Source: an uncultured Bacilli bacterium (GTDB taxonomy: Bacteria; Bacillota_I; Bacilli_A; RF39; UBA660). Taken from it: DNA of 64,000 bases. The notes beneath the pieces were generated by a model. That model searched no databases. It was not told where the DNA came from and saw only the letters and a list, made by a program, of their open reading frames with translations. The DNA lies in assembly GCA_934163035.1 (NCBI GenBank), contig CAKPJX010000005.1:1465-65464 (forward strand), in the 5' to 3' direction. Of this stretch, positions 11,227 to 21,450 are shown piece by piece. The first letter of the stretch is position 1, and every line of letters starts with the position of its first letter. The position numbers were made by a program, and so were the translations under genes.

Positions 11227-11332
11227 CAAGTTTACAAAGAAATAGAAGTTTAATGTTTACTACAAAAAAAACTATGATAATATAAAACTATAATACAGGT
11301 AAGTAGTTATTTAAAATAATAGAGGTGTAAAA

Positions 11333-12103
11333 ATGAATAATGATATGAACAATAATACAAGTAACAACCTAGATAATAATATGAGCAATAATACAAGTAA
11401 CAATTTAGATAACAATAATACAGGTGCCAACTCAGATAATAATGTGAACAATAATCCAAGTAGCAACTCAAATAATAATATGAACAATAATACAAGTACA
11501 AACCCAGATAGTAGTATGAGCAACAATGCTAACAGCAACACAAACAATAATATGAGCAATAGTATTAATAACTTAAATCAAAATAATCAATCTCCATCTA
11601 CTACTAACAAGTCAAATAATAGTTCAATAATTAAAATAGTAGTCGTAATTGCAGTCATAGCAGTTGTATTATTAATAGGATTTAATTTATTTAAGAATAT
11701 TAGTGGAGGTGGAAATAAAATGAGTGCTAACAAATATATATCTTATCTACCAAAAGATAAGTCAGAATATGATGCAATATGTACAAAGGAAAGCGATTAT
11801 GGCGAAGATAACATGAAATTTTCTGAAGTAATAGGAATGAAAACCATGGACAGTCTAAAATACGTTTCATATACATTTATTAATGTAGTAGGCAGAAAAG
11901 ATGGAAAAGCAATAGTTGAAAATGCAGAAAGCAAAGAAAAACTAGACGAGGTTGTTAAATTCATAGAAAAAACATCACTTGGAGTAACCGGTGAATTTAA
12001 AGATGGTGAAATGGTATTTAAATATGGTAAATCAAATTATGAATTTTCAAATGCCAATGAGTCTAAAGAATACTTCCGTACACTAGGTTATACATGTGAA
12101 TAA
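11333..12103 (+). CDS. Asn-rich low-complexity protein with one TM and a C-terminal globular domain, function unknown
   Basis: About 95 N-terminal residues of N/S/T/D repeats (NNTSNNLDNN...), TM IIKIVVVIAVIAVVLLIGFNLF, then a non-repetitive 130-aa domain. RBS AGAGGTG. Confidence 0.6.
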   Translation: MNNDMNNNTSNNLDNNMSNNTSNNLDNNNTGANSDNNVNNNPSSNSNNNMNNNTSTNPDSSMSNNANSNTNNNMSNSINNLNQNNQSPSTTNKSNNSSIIKIVVVIAVIAVVLLIGFNLFKNISGGGNKMSANKYISYLPKDKSEYDAICTKESDYGEDNMKFSEVIGMKTMDSLKYVSYTFINVVGRKDGKAIVENAESKEKLDEVVKFIEKTSLGVTGEFKDGEMVFKYGKSNYEFSNANESKEYFRTLGYTCE

Positions 12104-12168
12104 TACGCCATTATAAAATACTCTAAAAAACAAATTAATAGTTAACTGTCCAACTGTAAATAATAAAG

Positions 12169-12197
12169 AAAAGACCTTTTAAATAAGTCTTTTTTTT
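12169..12197 (+). terminator. Rho-independent terminator, immediately followed by an extended -10 element (TGCTATAAT at 12198-12205)
   Basis: AAAAGAC / GTCTTTT hairpin followed by a T run. Confidence 0.5.
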
Positions 12198-12239
12198 GCT
12201 ATAATCAAAATAGTAGAGAAGAATAATGGAGGGTAAAAC

Positions 12240-14570
12240 ATGGAAAATGGTATTTTCTTTTCCTTGACTAGTTTAGTGTACAGTCTTCTTTTAGTTATAG
12301 TCTTTTTTTCTAAGGAAAGATACATTAGTCAAGAAAATAATATTTATAGAAAGATAATAGTTGTCAACTTAATAGGCTTATTAATAGACATCTTTTTAGC
12401 AACATATGCATCACGCTATTTAATTGGATTACATCCTAATCTAGCAATAATCATTCTAAAATTTAGACTAATTTATTTTGTTGCTTGGACTAGTCTTTTT
12501 TCAATGTACATAGTATCACTTTGTGCTAATGAACAAAAATTAGAACGAGATATTAGAATGAAAAAAACTAATATAGCACTACTAATTCTTATAATTTATT
12601 TTGTTATAGCAGCTATTACTATATTTATATTGCCACTTTATTCACATAAAAAATTAAATATGTTTTATACATATGGTCCAGCTACAACGGCAGTCTATAT
12701 ATTTGGTGGTATTCAATTAATTAGTTGGATAATTATAATGATTAAAAATATTAAATACGTTGTAAATAAAAAATATATCCCAATTCTATTATTCATTTTA
12801 ATTGCCGTAGTAGTAACAATAATTCAAGCTAAAAATCCGGAATTAACACTAATGATTCCTCTTCAAACATTTATTACATTTCTAATGTTCTTTACTATTG
12901 AAAATCCTGATATGAAAATGATTGAAGAATTAGAAGAAGAAAAAGATAAAGCTAATAATGCCAGTATCGCTAAAACGGAATTTTTATCTAGTGTATCTCA
13001 TGAAATTAGAAATCCTATAAATATAATATCTGGCCTAGCTGACGAGATAGCAACTTCGAATGATATGGAACATATGCGAGAAAATGCTAAAGATATATTG
13101 ATGTCATCATCATCATTAATTACTACTGTAAATGGTATCCTAGACATCTCAAAAATAGAGAAGGGTGTAGCTCAAATAGTAAACAGTCCATATGATGTTA
13201 GACAGGTTCTAGAAGAAATTGGTAAACTATCATCATTTAACTTTAAAAATAAAAATATTGAATTTTCTTATAATATAGCTAAAGATTTACCTAAAACATT
13301 ATTAGGTGACTACCTAGCTTTAAAAAAGATAATTACCAATCTTTTAAATGAGGCCTATTCAACTACCAACAATGGTTTTGTTAGATATGAGGTTAACTGC
13401 ATCAATACCAGTGAAATTTCAAAACTAATAATAACTATTGAGGATAGTGGAACTGGTCTAAAAAATGATTTATTAAACAGTATATTTAAAGGTGAGGGTA
13501 CAAAGGATGAAGAGGACATAGCTAAAGATTATCCTATCAACCTTATTAGTGCTAAAAGATTAACTGACTTAATGGGTGGAAAAATAATAGCTCAATCTGT
13601 TTATGGTAAAGGCTCTAAATATACAATTATAATTAATCAAAGAATTAAGAAAGAAGAGACTAAGGATACTTTAATTACTGATCTTACTTACTTAAAAATA
13701 CTATTAGTTGATGATAATCCACTTAATCTAAAAGTTACTGCTAGAATGCTTCAAAGATTTAAAGCGACTGATATTACCAAAGTTGAAAGTGGTTTTGAAT
13801 GTCTTGAAATAACTGAAAAAGAAAGTTATGATTTGATTTTTCTTGATGACATGATGCCTAAAATGACAGGAGTTGAAACTTTAAAGAAGCTAAGAGAAAG
13901 ACCTGATTTTAAGACCCCAGTTATAGCATTAACTGCTAATGCCATTGTAGGAATGAAAGAAAGATATTTAAAAGCTGGTTTTGATGATTATCTAGCTAAA
14001 CCATTAGAAAAGGAAGAATTAGTAAAAGTGTTAAATAATGTCTTAAATGGAGAAACTGAGAAGGATGAAAATATAACACCACCATCACCAGATGAAGTTA
14101 TCCCAGTTGAAGAAAGCGTTGAAGAAATACTAAATATCAATAATAAAAATATTGCTCCAATTGAATTTGATGATTCAACAGAAGTTCTTGATCTAGATGA
14201 AAAGCCAAACTATGACTTAAATTATTTAAAAAGAAATGGCTTTAATATAGATAGAGCCCTAGAACTATTAGAAGATGTAGAGACCTTCAATGAAACCTTA
14301 TCAGACTTTAATAATAAACTATTCAGTAGAATGAAAAAAATAGCTCAATATAAAAATGAGAATGACCTTGAAAATTATACTATTGAAGTTCATTCTCTAA
14401 AAAGTGATTGTAAATACTTAGGAATTACCTCTCTAGCAGACCTATCATATGAACATGAATTAAAAGCTAGAGAAAAAGATTTAACTTATATTATTGAACA
14501 CTATACTGAATTAGAACATGAAGTTGAAAAATATCAACCAATCATAAATAATTATCTAAATAATCTATAA
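12240..14570 (+). CDS. Hybrid sensor histidine kinase paralog with a degenerate ATP-binding domain
   Basis: Same architecture as 8053-10302: SHEIRNPINII, receiver ILLVDDN...LIFLDDMMPKMTG, HPt HSLKSDCKYLG. The N-box reads NLLNEAYSTT and the G2 position reads DYPINLIS instead of GTGLGLAI. Confidence 0.8.
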   Translation: MENGIFFSLTSLVYSLLLVIVFFSKERYISQENNIYRKIIVVNLIGLLIDIFLATYASRYLIGLHPNLAIIILKFRLIYFVAWTSLFSMYIVSLCANEQKLERDIRMKKTNIALLILIIYFVIAAITIFILPLYSHKKLNMFYTYGPATTAVYIFGGIQLISWIIIMIKNIKYVVNKKYIPILLFILIAVVVTIIQAKNPELTLMIPLQTFITFLMFFTIENPDMKMIEELEEEKDKANNASIAKTEFLSSVSHEIRNPINIISGLADEIATSNDMEHMRENAKDILMSSSSLITTVNGILDISKIEKGVAQIVNSPYDVRQVLEEIGKLSSFNFKNKNIEFSYNIAKDLPKTLLGDYLALKKIITNLLNEAYSTTNNGFVRYEVNCINTSEISKLIITIEDSGTGLKNDLLNSIFKGEGTKDEEDIAKDYPINLISAKRLTDLMGGKIIAQSVYGKGSKYTIIINQRIKKEETKDTLITDLTYLKILLVDDNPLNLKVTARMLQRFKATDITKVESGFECLEITEKESYDLIFLDDMMPKMTGVETLKKLRERPDFKTPVIALTANAIVGMKERYLKAGFDDYLAKPLEKEELVKVLNNVLNGETEKDENITPPSPDEVIPVEESVEEILNINNKNIAPIEFDDSTEVLDLDEKPNYDLNYLKRNGFNIDRALELLEDVETFNETLSDFNNKLFSRMKKIAQYKNENDLENYTIEVHSLKSDCKYLGITSLADLSYEHELKAREKDLTYIIEHYTELEHEVEKYQPIINNYLNNL

Positions 14571-15026
14571 TGTATTAATAACATAAATTGTTAATGACAA
14601 TATAGTAGCGAATAATGATAAGAGTATATAAGGATCAAGTAACTTAGTACTCTTTTCTTTTAGAATATAAGTCTCTTGATATAGAAAAAGAGCCGAAATG
14701 AATGTACCTAAACAACTGATAAAACCTAAAAAGTTATTTTTTAACCCAAAAAATACCAAAGTAAAAGATTGATTAAATAAATAGTTTACAATTAAAGCTA
14801 TTTTATATGACTTAGGAATATCTCTAAACCTGTATTTTGAAACAATACTATAAATACTAATTGCTATAAGCACATATATTATGGTCCATGCTATACCATA
14901 AAAACTTCTACCTGGAGCAAAAAATGGTAACTGAATAGTATTAAAATAATTATAATCTACAGGTATAATAAGAGAGAAAAACCATGGCAAAAGACAAATC
15001 ATAAAAACTACAAACTTATATAACAT
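14565..15026 (-). CDS. TspO/MBR-family membrane protein (tentative)
   Basis: Five hydrophobic helices, with FAPGRSFYGIAWTIIYVLIAIS resembling the TspO core. Start moved to the ATG at 15026, which follows AGAGGTGA. Confidence 0.6.
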   Translation of the reverse strand: MLYKFVVFMICLLPWFFSLIIPVDYNYFNTIQLPFFAPGRSFYGIAWTIIYVLIAISIYSIVSKYRFRDIPKSYKIALIVNYLFNQSFTLVFFGLKNNFLGFISCLGTFISALFLYQETYILKEKSTKLLDPYILLSLFATILSLTIYVINTL

Positions 15027-15095
15027 AAATATCACCTCTTTCAATATTTTATGATTTGGTATATAATAATATTAATCTTTTTAGGAGGCAAAAGA

Positions 15096-16247
15096 ATGGA
15101 CACAGATGTATTGTTAGATGATAAGAATGTTATTGTAATGAAATTGCTTCATTATTTTATAACTGAAAAGAATTATAATCCAATTATTCTACAAGGTGTT
15201 GATAATGAAATTTGGCTAGAAAATTTAAACGAGGATTATAAAGTTGTAAGAATAGTTTCCGGTTATATTCATAATGATGAGCAATTTGACTTTGATATAT
15301 TTAAAACCAAAAGAATTATTAAAAAAATAAAGAGAAAGACCTTATCTTTTAATATGAACGTTTTAAGTATTTTCTTAAATTTAGGTGATAATGTTACTAA
15401 AGACTTAACTGCTAATAAAAATGCTTTATGCATTAAAATAGATAGTGAGAAAGACTTTAGCAAAGATAATAATTTAAAAACAATTTTCCCTGATTTAACT
15501 AAAAAATTAAATTACAAGGAGGATGGAGTAGAACTATTTGCTAAAATAACAAGTGATATTAATAATCATAATAAGGAAGATGCTAAAAAAATAGAGAAGG
15601 TATTCTCAAATAAAAAACCAACTATTACGTACGCTTTAATTATAATAAATGTATTATTATATTTTATTCCTATGATATTTGGTTTTCATACTGAGCTTGT
15701 GAATAAGTACTGTATCTTTGCTCCAAGTATTAGAAATGGTGAGTATTACAGATTATTAACAGGTGCTTTTATCCATGCTAATATATTACATTTAGGTTGC
15801 AACTGTTATGCTCTATATGTTTTAGGAACTCAAGTAGAAAGTTATTTTGGTAAAATAAAGTACATAATTATTTATATTTTATCAGCCTTATCGGCATCTT
15901 TATTCTCTATGATATTTGCTAAAAATACAGCATCCATTGGGGCGAGTGGAGCGATTTTTGGAATAATGGGAGCCTTATTATGCTTTGGATATTACTACCG
16001 AGTATATTTAGGAAATGTATTAAAAAGTCAACTTATTCCATTGATAATATTTAACCTATTATTAGGATTTGCCTTAAGCGGAATTGATAACTTTGCTCAT
16101 ATAGGTGGACTTCTAGGTGGTATAGGAGCAACAATGGCTCTAGGTGTAGATGGTAAAAGTAAAAAATATGAAAGTATTAATGGGATTATAATTACTACTA
16201 TCTTTATAATATTTGAAATATATATGGCCTTTATTTATGGGGCATAA
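15096..16247 (+). CDS. Rhomboid-family intramembrane serine protease with an N-terminal cytoplasmic domain
   Basis: FIHANILHL, GASGAIFG (catalytic Ser) and AHIGGLLGG (catalytic His). Start moved to the ATG at 15096 after AGGAGG. Confidence 0.8.
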   Translation: MDTDVLLDDKNVIVMKLLHYFITEKNYNPIILQGVDNEIWLENLNEDYKVVRIVSGYIHNDEQFDFDIFKTKRIIKKIKRKTLSFNMNVLSIFLNLGDNVTKDLTANKNALCIKIDSEKDFSKDNNLKTIFPDLTKKLNYKEDGVELFAKITSDINNHNKEDAKKIEKVFSNKKPTITYALIIINVLLYFIPMIFGFHTELVNKYCIFAPSIRNGEYYRLLTGAFIHANILHLGCNCYALYVLGTQVESYFGKIKYIIIYILSALSASLFSMIFAKNTASIGASGAIFGIMGALLCFGYYYRVYLGNVLKSQLIPLIIFNLLLGFALSGIDNFAHIGGLLGGIGATMALGVDGKSKKYESINGIIITTIFIIFEIYMAFIYGA

Positions 16248-16312
16248 AAGTTATTGTAATTGAAATTAATAAATGATAAAATAAAATTATGATATTATAG
16301 TGAGGTGATGAT

Positions 16313-16564
16313 ATGCTACAAGACAAGACAAGATTATTTAGTGTTGATGATATAAATACGAAAGCAATTAAAACAATGCTTGCTGAGGTTTATGATGCTC
16401 TAGAAGAACGAGGTTATAATCCAAATAATCAAATCGTAGGATATCTAATTAGTGGTGACCCTGGATATATTTCAAGTTATAAAGGTGCTAGGAGCAAAAT
16501 TCAAGAAACTGACCGTGCCAAAATAGTCGAAATACTTCTTCATGAATTTCAAAGGCATGACTAA
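16313..16564 (+). CDS. ireB: UPF0297 / IreB-family protein (YrzL-like)
   Basis: VYDALEERGYNPNNQIVGYLISGDPGYISS is typical of the UPF0297 family. Sits directly upstream of ruvX, as in B. subtilis. Confidence 0.7.
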   Translation: MLQDKTRLFSVDDINTKAIKTMLAEVYDALEERGYNPNNQIVGYLISGDPGYISSYKGARSKIQETDRAKIVEILLHEFQRHD

Positions 16565-16980
16565 TGAAATATTTAGGATTAGATTTAGGAAGTAGAACTC
16601 TAGGTATATCAGTTAGTGATAATCTAGGAATATGTGCTACAAGTCTAAAGACAATACGCCATAATGAAGAATATGATAGCCTTTTAGAAGAAGTAAAAAG
16701 AATAGTTGATGAATTGCATATTGAGGGTATAGTCTTAGGCTTTCCTAAGAATATGAATAATACAATAGGACCAAAAGGAGAACTTAGTCTAGAGTTTAAA
16801 AGCAAACTGGAAAACATATTAGATATACCAATTTATCTTGAAGATGAACGACTAACAACCAAAAGTGCTACCGATTTACTAATAACCGCTAATGTATCAC
16901 GTAAAAAAAGAAAAAAAGTTGTTGACAGCCTAGCTGCAACTATAATATTACAAACTTTTTTAGATAGGAAAGGAAGATAA
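16564..16980 (+). CDS. ruvX: Putative pre-16S rRNA nuclease / Holliday junction resolvase-like RuvX (YqgF)
   Basis: YLGLDLGSRTLGISVSD N-terminus, DERLTT motif, 138 aa. Start overlaps the upstream stop (TAATG). Confidence 0.85.
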   Translation: MKYLGLDLGSRTLGISVSDNLGICATSLKTIRHNEEYDSLLEEVKRIVDELHIEGIVLGFPKNMNNTIGPKGELSLEFKSKLENILDIPIYLEDERLTTKSATDLLITANVSRKKRKKVVDSLAATIILQTFLDRKGR

Positions 16981-16984
16981 TAGT

Positions 16985-17293
16985 ATGGAACAAGAAAATC
17001 AAGAAATAAACAGTTCTTTTACAATGATTGATCAGAATGGAGTAGAAAAAGAATATGATGTTCTTTTCACATTTGATAGTGAAGAAACAAATAAGAGCTA
17101 TATAGCTTATACTGACAACACAAAAGATGCAGATGGAAAACTTTCTGTTTATGCTTCAACTTATGATAAAAATGGTGAAAGTACAGAACTAAAAGCCCTA
17201 GAAACTGAAAAAGAATGGAAAATAGTTGAAACAGTTCTACAATCATTACAAGAAGAAATAGCAAATAGTAAAGATGAAAATAATGAGCAATAG
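16985..17293 (+). CDS. DUF1292-family protein (YrzB-like)
   Basis: EKEYDVLFTFDSEETNKSYIAYTDN pattern, plus its position between ruvX and mltG. Confidence 0.6.
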   Translation: MEQENQEINSSFTMIDQNGVEKEYDVLFTFDSEETNKSYIAYTDNTKDADGKLSVYASTYDKNGESTELKALETEKEWKIVETVLQSLQEEIANSKDENNEQ

Positions 17294-17324
17294 CTCTTAT
17301 TTTTTAATTAAGTGAAGGAGATTT

Positions 17325-18395
17325 ATGACAAAAAAAAGAAGACCAAAGCCATTATTAATAATAATAGTAACCATCCTAATTATTATACTAACAGGCTTAA
17401 TAACATTTAATATAATGGTATCTCCAACTGATAAAAGCAGTAAAGCTGATATTGAAGTAGTAATACCAACAGGAACTAATACCAGAAATATCGGTAAAAT
17501 TTTAAAAGAAAAACATTTAATTAGAAGTGAAATCTTCTTCAAAGTCTATGTAAAATTAAACAATATAACATCCCTAAAAGCATCAACATACACTTTGAAG
17601 AAAAATATGACATTAAATGAAATAATAACTGTATTAGAAAAAGGTAATTCATATAATCCAGATGCAATAAAACTAACATTTAAAGAAGGAAAAAGAATAA
17701 CCGATTATATTTCAACAATTGCTAGTAATACTAATCATACTGAAGAAGAATTATTAGCTCAGTTTAACAATAAAGATTATATAAAAGAACTAACTAAAAA
17801 ATATTGGTTTTTAACTGAAGAGATCCTAGATCCTAATATTTACTATCCACTTGAGGGGTATCTTCATCCTGATACATATTATTTTAAGAATAAAGATGTT
17901 GATATAAAGACAATTATTGAGACTATGCTAAGTGAAACAGAGGAAATTCTATCAAAATATAAAAACACTGTTGGTCAAAACATTAACAAGTACATAATAA
18001 TGGCTTCTATGGTTGAAATAGAAGGAACAAATACTACTAACCGTAAGATGATAGCTGGTATTTTCAACAATAGATTAGCTAAAAAAATGAACCTAGGTGC
18101 GGATGCTACAACCTACTATGCCTTACAGCAGCCAATGACTTCAGACTTAACTGTTGCTGAATTTAATACTGATAGTCCATATAATACTAGATCTAGTTCA
18201 ATGGCCGGCAAAATGCCAATAGGTGCAATCTGTAATCCAAGTATATCTAGTATAGAAGCAAGCATTAATCCAACTGAAAGTGACTATCTATACTTTGTTG
18301 CTGATAAAAATGGTGAAATATTTTATACAAAAACTCTACAAGAGCATAATAAAAAAGTAAAAGAAATAAAAGAAAAAGGTGATTGGATATGGTAG
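17325..18395 (+). CDS. mltG: Endolytic murein transglycosylase MltG (YceG-like)
   Basis: N-terminal TM, LEGYLHPDTYYF, ASMVEIEG and PYNTR motifs. Confidence 0.85.
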   Translation: MTKKRRPKPLLIIIVTILIIILTGLITFNIMVSPTDKSSKADIEVVIPTGTNTRNIGKILKEKHLIRSEIFFKVYVKLNNITSLKASTYTLKKNMTLNEIITVLEKGNSYNPDAIKLTFKEGKRITDYISTIASNTNHTEEELLAQFNNKDYIKELTKKYWFLTEEILDPNIYYPLEGYLHPDTYYFKNKDVDIKTIIETMLSETEEILSKYKNTVGQNINKYIIMASMVEIEGTNTTNRKMIAGIFNNRLAKKMNLGADATTYYALQQPMTSDLTVAEFNTDSPYNTRSSSMAGKMPIGAICNPSISSIEASINPTESDYLYFVADKNGEIFYTKTLQEHNKKVKEIKEKGDWIW

Positions 18396-18985
18396 ATAAC
18401 TATGAAATTATAAGCACCATGCGTGAATATGCTGATCAAAATAATGTCCCAATAATTTTAAATGATAGTCTAGAATACATAGCTGGATATATCAAGAAAA
18501 ATAATATTAAAAACATTCTAGAAATTGGAACAGCTATCGGTTATTCAGCAATTATGATGGCTCTATCTAAAGATGATTTAACTATAACGACTATAGAACG
18601 AGATGAAAAAAGATATTTAGAAGCTATTAAAAATATCAAAAAAGCATCATTAGAAGACAGAATAACCCTTATCTATAGTGATGCTGAACAAGTTAATTTA
18701 GAAGGAACATTTGATCTAATCTTTATTGATGCATCAAAGTCTCAAAATATAAAATTCTTTGAAAAATTCTCTAAAAACTTATCATCAAAAGGAACCATTA
18801 TAACAGATAACATTAATTTCCATGGCCTAACAGAAAAAAAAGAGTCTGAAATAGAAAGCCGTAATTTAAGAGGCTTAGTACGAAAGATAAACGCCTATAT
18901 TGACTATTTAAAAACAAATTCCGATTTTCATACTGAATTTTTAAATATAGGTGATGGTCTTTCTGTAAGCATAAAAAATAATTGA
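18389..18985 (+). CDS. SAM-dependent O-methyltransferase (YrrM/TrmR-like)
   Basis: ILEIGTAIGYSAIMMA SAM-binding motif and FIDASKSQ. Start moved to the ATG at 18389. Position matches B. subtilis yrrM. Confidence 0.7.
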   Translation: MVDNYEIISTMREYADQNNVPIILNDSLEYIAGYIKKNNIKNILEIGTAIGYSAIMMALSKDDLTITTIERDEKRYLEAIKNIKKASLEDRITLIYSDAEQVNLEGTFDLIFIDASKSQNIKFFEKFSKNLSSKGTIITDNINFHGLTEKKESEIESRNLRGLVRKINAYIDYLKTNSDFHTEFLNIGDGLSVSIKNN

Positions 18986-18996
18986 AAGAAGCGTTT

Positions 18997-19863
18997 ATGA
19001 AAGTACTAATAGAACCAAAAACAAAAACAGAAATATATAAAAACAATATTGATGGCTTAATAATTTCTTTAAAAGACTATGCTGTTCAAAGTGAAGTATA
19101 TTATACTAAAGAAGAAATAAAAAAATTAAGAGAAGACAATAAAGATCTAGAAATATTTGTAAATGTTAATAAGAATTTTTTTAATCACGAAATAGAAGAC
19201 TTAAAACAAGTGCTTATCTACCTAGATGAATTAAATTTAAATGGTCTTCTTTTTTATGATCTTGCTATTTTAAAATTAAAAAAAGAGCTTAATTTAAAAA
19301 CTGACTTAGTATGGTATGGCACTTATATGGTTACTAATTATAAGACTTGTAATTACTATTATAATAAAGGTGTAAAATATGCTATCTTAAGTAAAGAAAT
19401 AACAAAAGAAGAAATTATAGAAATACTAAATAAAAGTAAAATTATCTCAATGATAGAAATAATTAGTCTTCCAACAGTAGCTTTTTCTAAAAGAAAATTA
19501 ATAACTAACTACTATAAGAACTTATCTAAACCATCTAAAGAAAAATTAACTGTTGTAGAAAAACTAACTCAAGATGAATATGAATTAAAAGAAGAACCAG
19601 CTGGTACAGGCTTTATTTCTAAGAAAATAACCAATGGTACTAGTGTTATAAAAGATTTATATGATAACAATGCTAGTTATATAATAATAAAAGAATATGG
19701 TCTTGATATAATAGATTTTAATGAATTATTAAAAGATCTAAAAAACTATTTAAAAAATGGTTGTAATGATTCATCATTTGTAGAAAAATATAAAATATTA
19801 GGTGATAATACTAATTTCTTTTATACTGAAACATTTCATCGTGTAAAGAAGATAAGTAGGTGA
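18997..19863 (+). CDS. Peptidase U32-family protein (YrrN-like)
   Basis: Size and position upstream of the second U32 gene, plus a LNGLLFYDLAIL segment. Start uncertain (TTG 18982 or ATG 18997). Confidence 0.55.
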   Translation: MKVLIEPKTKTEIYKNNIDGLIISLKDYAVQSEVYYTKEEIKKLREDNKDLEIFVNVNKNFFNHEIEDLKQVLIYLDELNLNGLLFYDLAILKLKKELNLKTDLVWYGTYMVTNYKTCNYYYNKGVKYAILSKEITKEEIIEILNKSKIISMIEIISLPTVAFSKRKLITNYYKNLSKPSKEKLTVVEKLTQDEYELKEEPAGTGFISKKITNGTSVIKDLYDNNASYIIIKEYGLDIIDFNELLKDLKNYLKNGCNDSSFVEKYKILGDNTNFFYTETFHRVKKISR

Positions 19864-19867
19864 TACT

Positions 19868-21049
19868 ATGGAAAAAATAGAATTATTAGCCCCATCAGGT
19901 GACTTAAATAGATTAAAAATAGCCATTCTCTATGGAGCAGATGCCATCTATATTGGTGGAAAAGATTTTAATCTAAGATCCAATGCCATTAACTTTACAA
20001 TAGATGAAATAAGAGAAGCTTGTACTTTTGCTCATAAATATAATAAAAAAGTCTATCTAACTTTAAATATCTTTTTTCATAATGAAGATACAGAAAATAT
20101 AGAAGAATATATAAAAGAAGTAGTCGGCTGTAAAATAGATGCCTTTATTGTAAGTGATCCTTATATAATATCTTACATAAAAGAAAACTTTCCATCAGTT
20201 GAAGTACATCTATCAACACAAAATTCAACTACTAATTATAAAGCTGTTGAATACTTTAAAAATGAAAGAGTTGATAGAGTAGTTCTAGCTAGAGAATTGT
20301 CTAAAGATGAAATAAAAGAAATAATTGATAAAACTGGAATAGATATAGAAGTATTTATACATGGTGCTATGTGTACATGCTTAAGTGGTAGATGTGCTCT
20401 TTCTAACTACATAACTAAAAGAGACGCTAATAGAGGTGGTTGTGCTCAAGTATGTCGCTTTAATTTAGAAACAAATGAAGAAAAAGATTTTACGATGGCC
20501 TCAAAAGATTTAAATATGACTACCTACATAAAAGATTTAATTGAAATAGGTGTTAAAAGTCTTAAGATAGAAGGAAGAATGCGTTCACCTTACTATATCG
20601 CAACTGTTATATCTACATACAGAAAAATAATTGATTCATACTATGATAATAGTTTAACAGAAGAAAAATTAGCCGAATATAATGAAAGACTAAAAGTAGT
20701 AGCAAATCGTGCTTCATCAACCCACTTTTTCACTAAAGAAGCAGATGAGGCTGATCAATACTTCAGTGGTCGAAATGAATTTTCTAATCAAGACTATCTA
20801 GGCTTAATAATTGATTATGATAGCACTAATAGATGTTTAGTTCTAAAAGAACGTAATTATTTTAAGGTAGGAGATAAGGTTGAAATATTTACTCCAGACT
20901 TTAAATTTTATAATTATACAGTAGAAAAAATATATGATGAAAACATGAATTCATTAGAAGTTGCTAGACATCCAGAACAAATATTAAAATTGCCATTTAA
21001 AGAAAGTCTGCCACCATATTCAATGATTAGAATGTTAGAAAGAAAATAA
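19868..21049 (+). CDS. Peptidase U32-family protein (YrrO-like)
   Basis: ELLAPSGDL...YGADAIYIGG, VHLSTQ, FIHGAMC...SGRCALS and LKIEGRMRSPYY motifs of the U32 family. Confidence 0.8.
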   Translation: MEKIELLAPSGDLNRLKIAILYGADAIYIGGKDFNLRSNAINFTIDEIREACTFAHKYNKKVYLTLNIFFHNEDTENIEEYIKEVVGCKIDAFIVSDPYIISYIKENFPSVEVHLSTQNSTTNYKAVEYFKNERVDRVVLARELSKDEIKEIIDKTGIDIEVFIHGAMCTCLSGRCALSNYITKRDANRGGCAQVCRFNLETNEEKDFTMASKDLNMTTYIKDLIEIGVKSLKIEGRMRSPYYIATVISTYRKIIDSYYDNSLTEEKLAEYNERLKVVANRASSTHFFTKEADEADQYFSGRNEFSNQDYLGLIIDYDSTNRCLVLKERNYFKVGDKVEIFTPDFKFYNYTVEKIYDENMNSLEVARHPEQILKLPFKESLPPYSMIRMLERK

Positions 21050-21117
21050 AAATAATTTATCTTGAAAAAATAAACAACATATATTAGAATAACAACTACA
21101 GGAAAAGGAGTGAAATA

Positions 21118-21438
21118 ATGGCTAAATATTATAGAGTAGGGTTATATGAAGAACCAGCTACTTCAATGAAATTAAAAGATATAAAAGAAAGTAAAAAATG
21201 TGGTGACATCATTGTACAGGATGAACAAACACATGCTAAGGAAATTATAACTAAGTTAAGATTTCCAATTTATAGTTCTAATGATAAAGTGGGTAATTCA
21301 AAAGATGAATATTATGTAAGAGACTGTGAATTAACTGATGAAAATATTGTTAGTCCAGCAGAACTAAGTAACTATGTTAATAGAATTAACAATAAACCTT
21401 GTACTGTACAAAAAGGGCCAAAAGTATATAAAAAATAA
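21118..21438 (+). CDS. Hypothetical protein
   Basis: Good RBS (AAGGAG). No recognisable motif. Confidence 0.5.
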   Translation: MAKYYRVGLYEEPATSMKLKDIKESKKCGDIIVQDEQTHAKEIITKLRFPIYSSNDKVGNSKDEYYVRDCELTDENIVSPAELSNYVNRINNKPCTVQKGPKVYKK

Positions 21439-21450
21439 AAGGAGAAAAAA

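Noticed and set aside
11307-11559. Two antisense ORFs (64 and 82 aa) with repetitive Tyr/Cys/Leu or Leu-rich sequence.
   Set aside because: They mirror the Asn-codon (AAT/AAC) repeats of the sense-strand Asn-rich protein. The sense gene has the RBS and a sensible downstream TM and domain.
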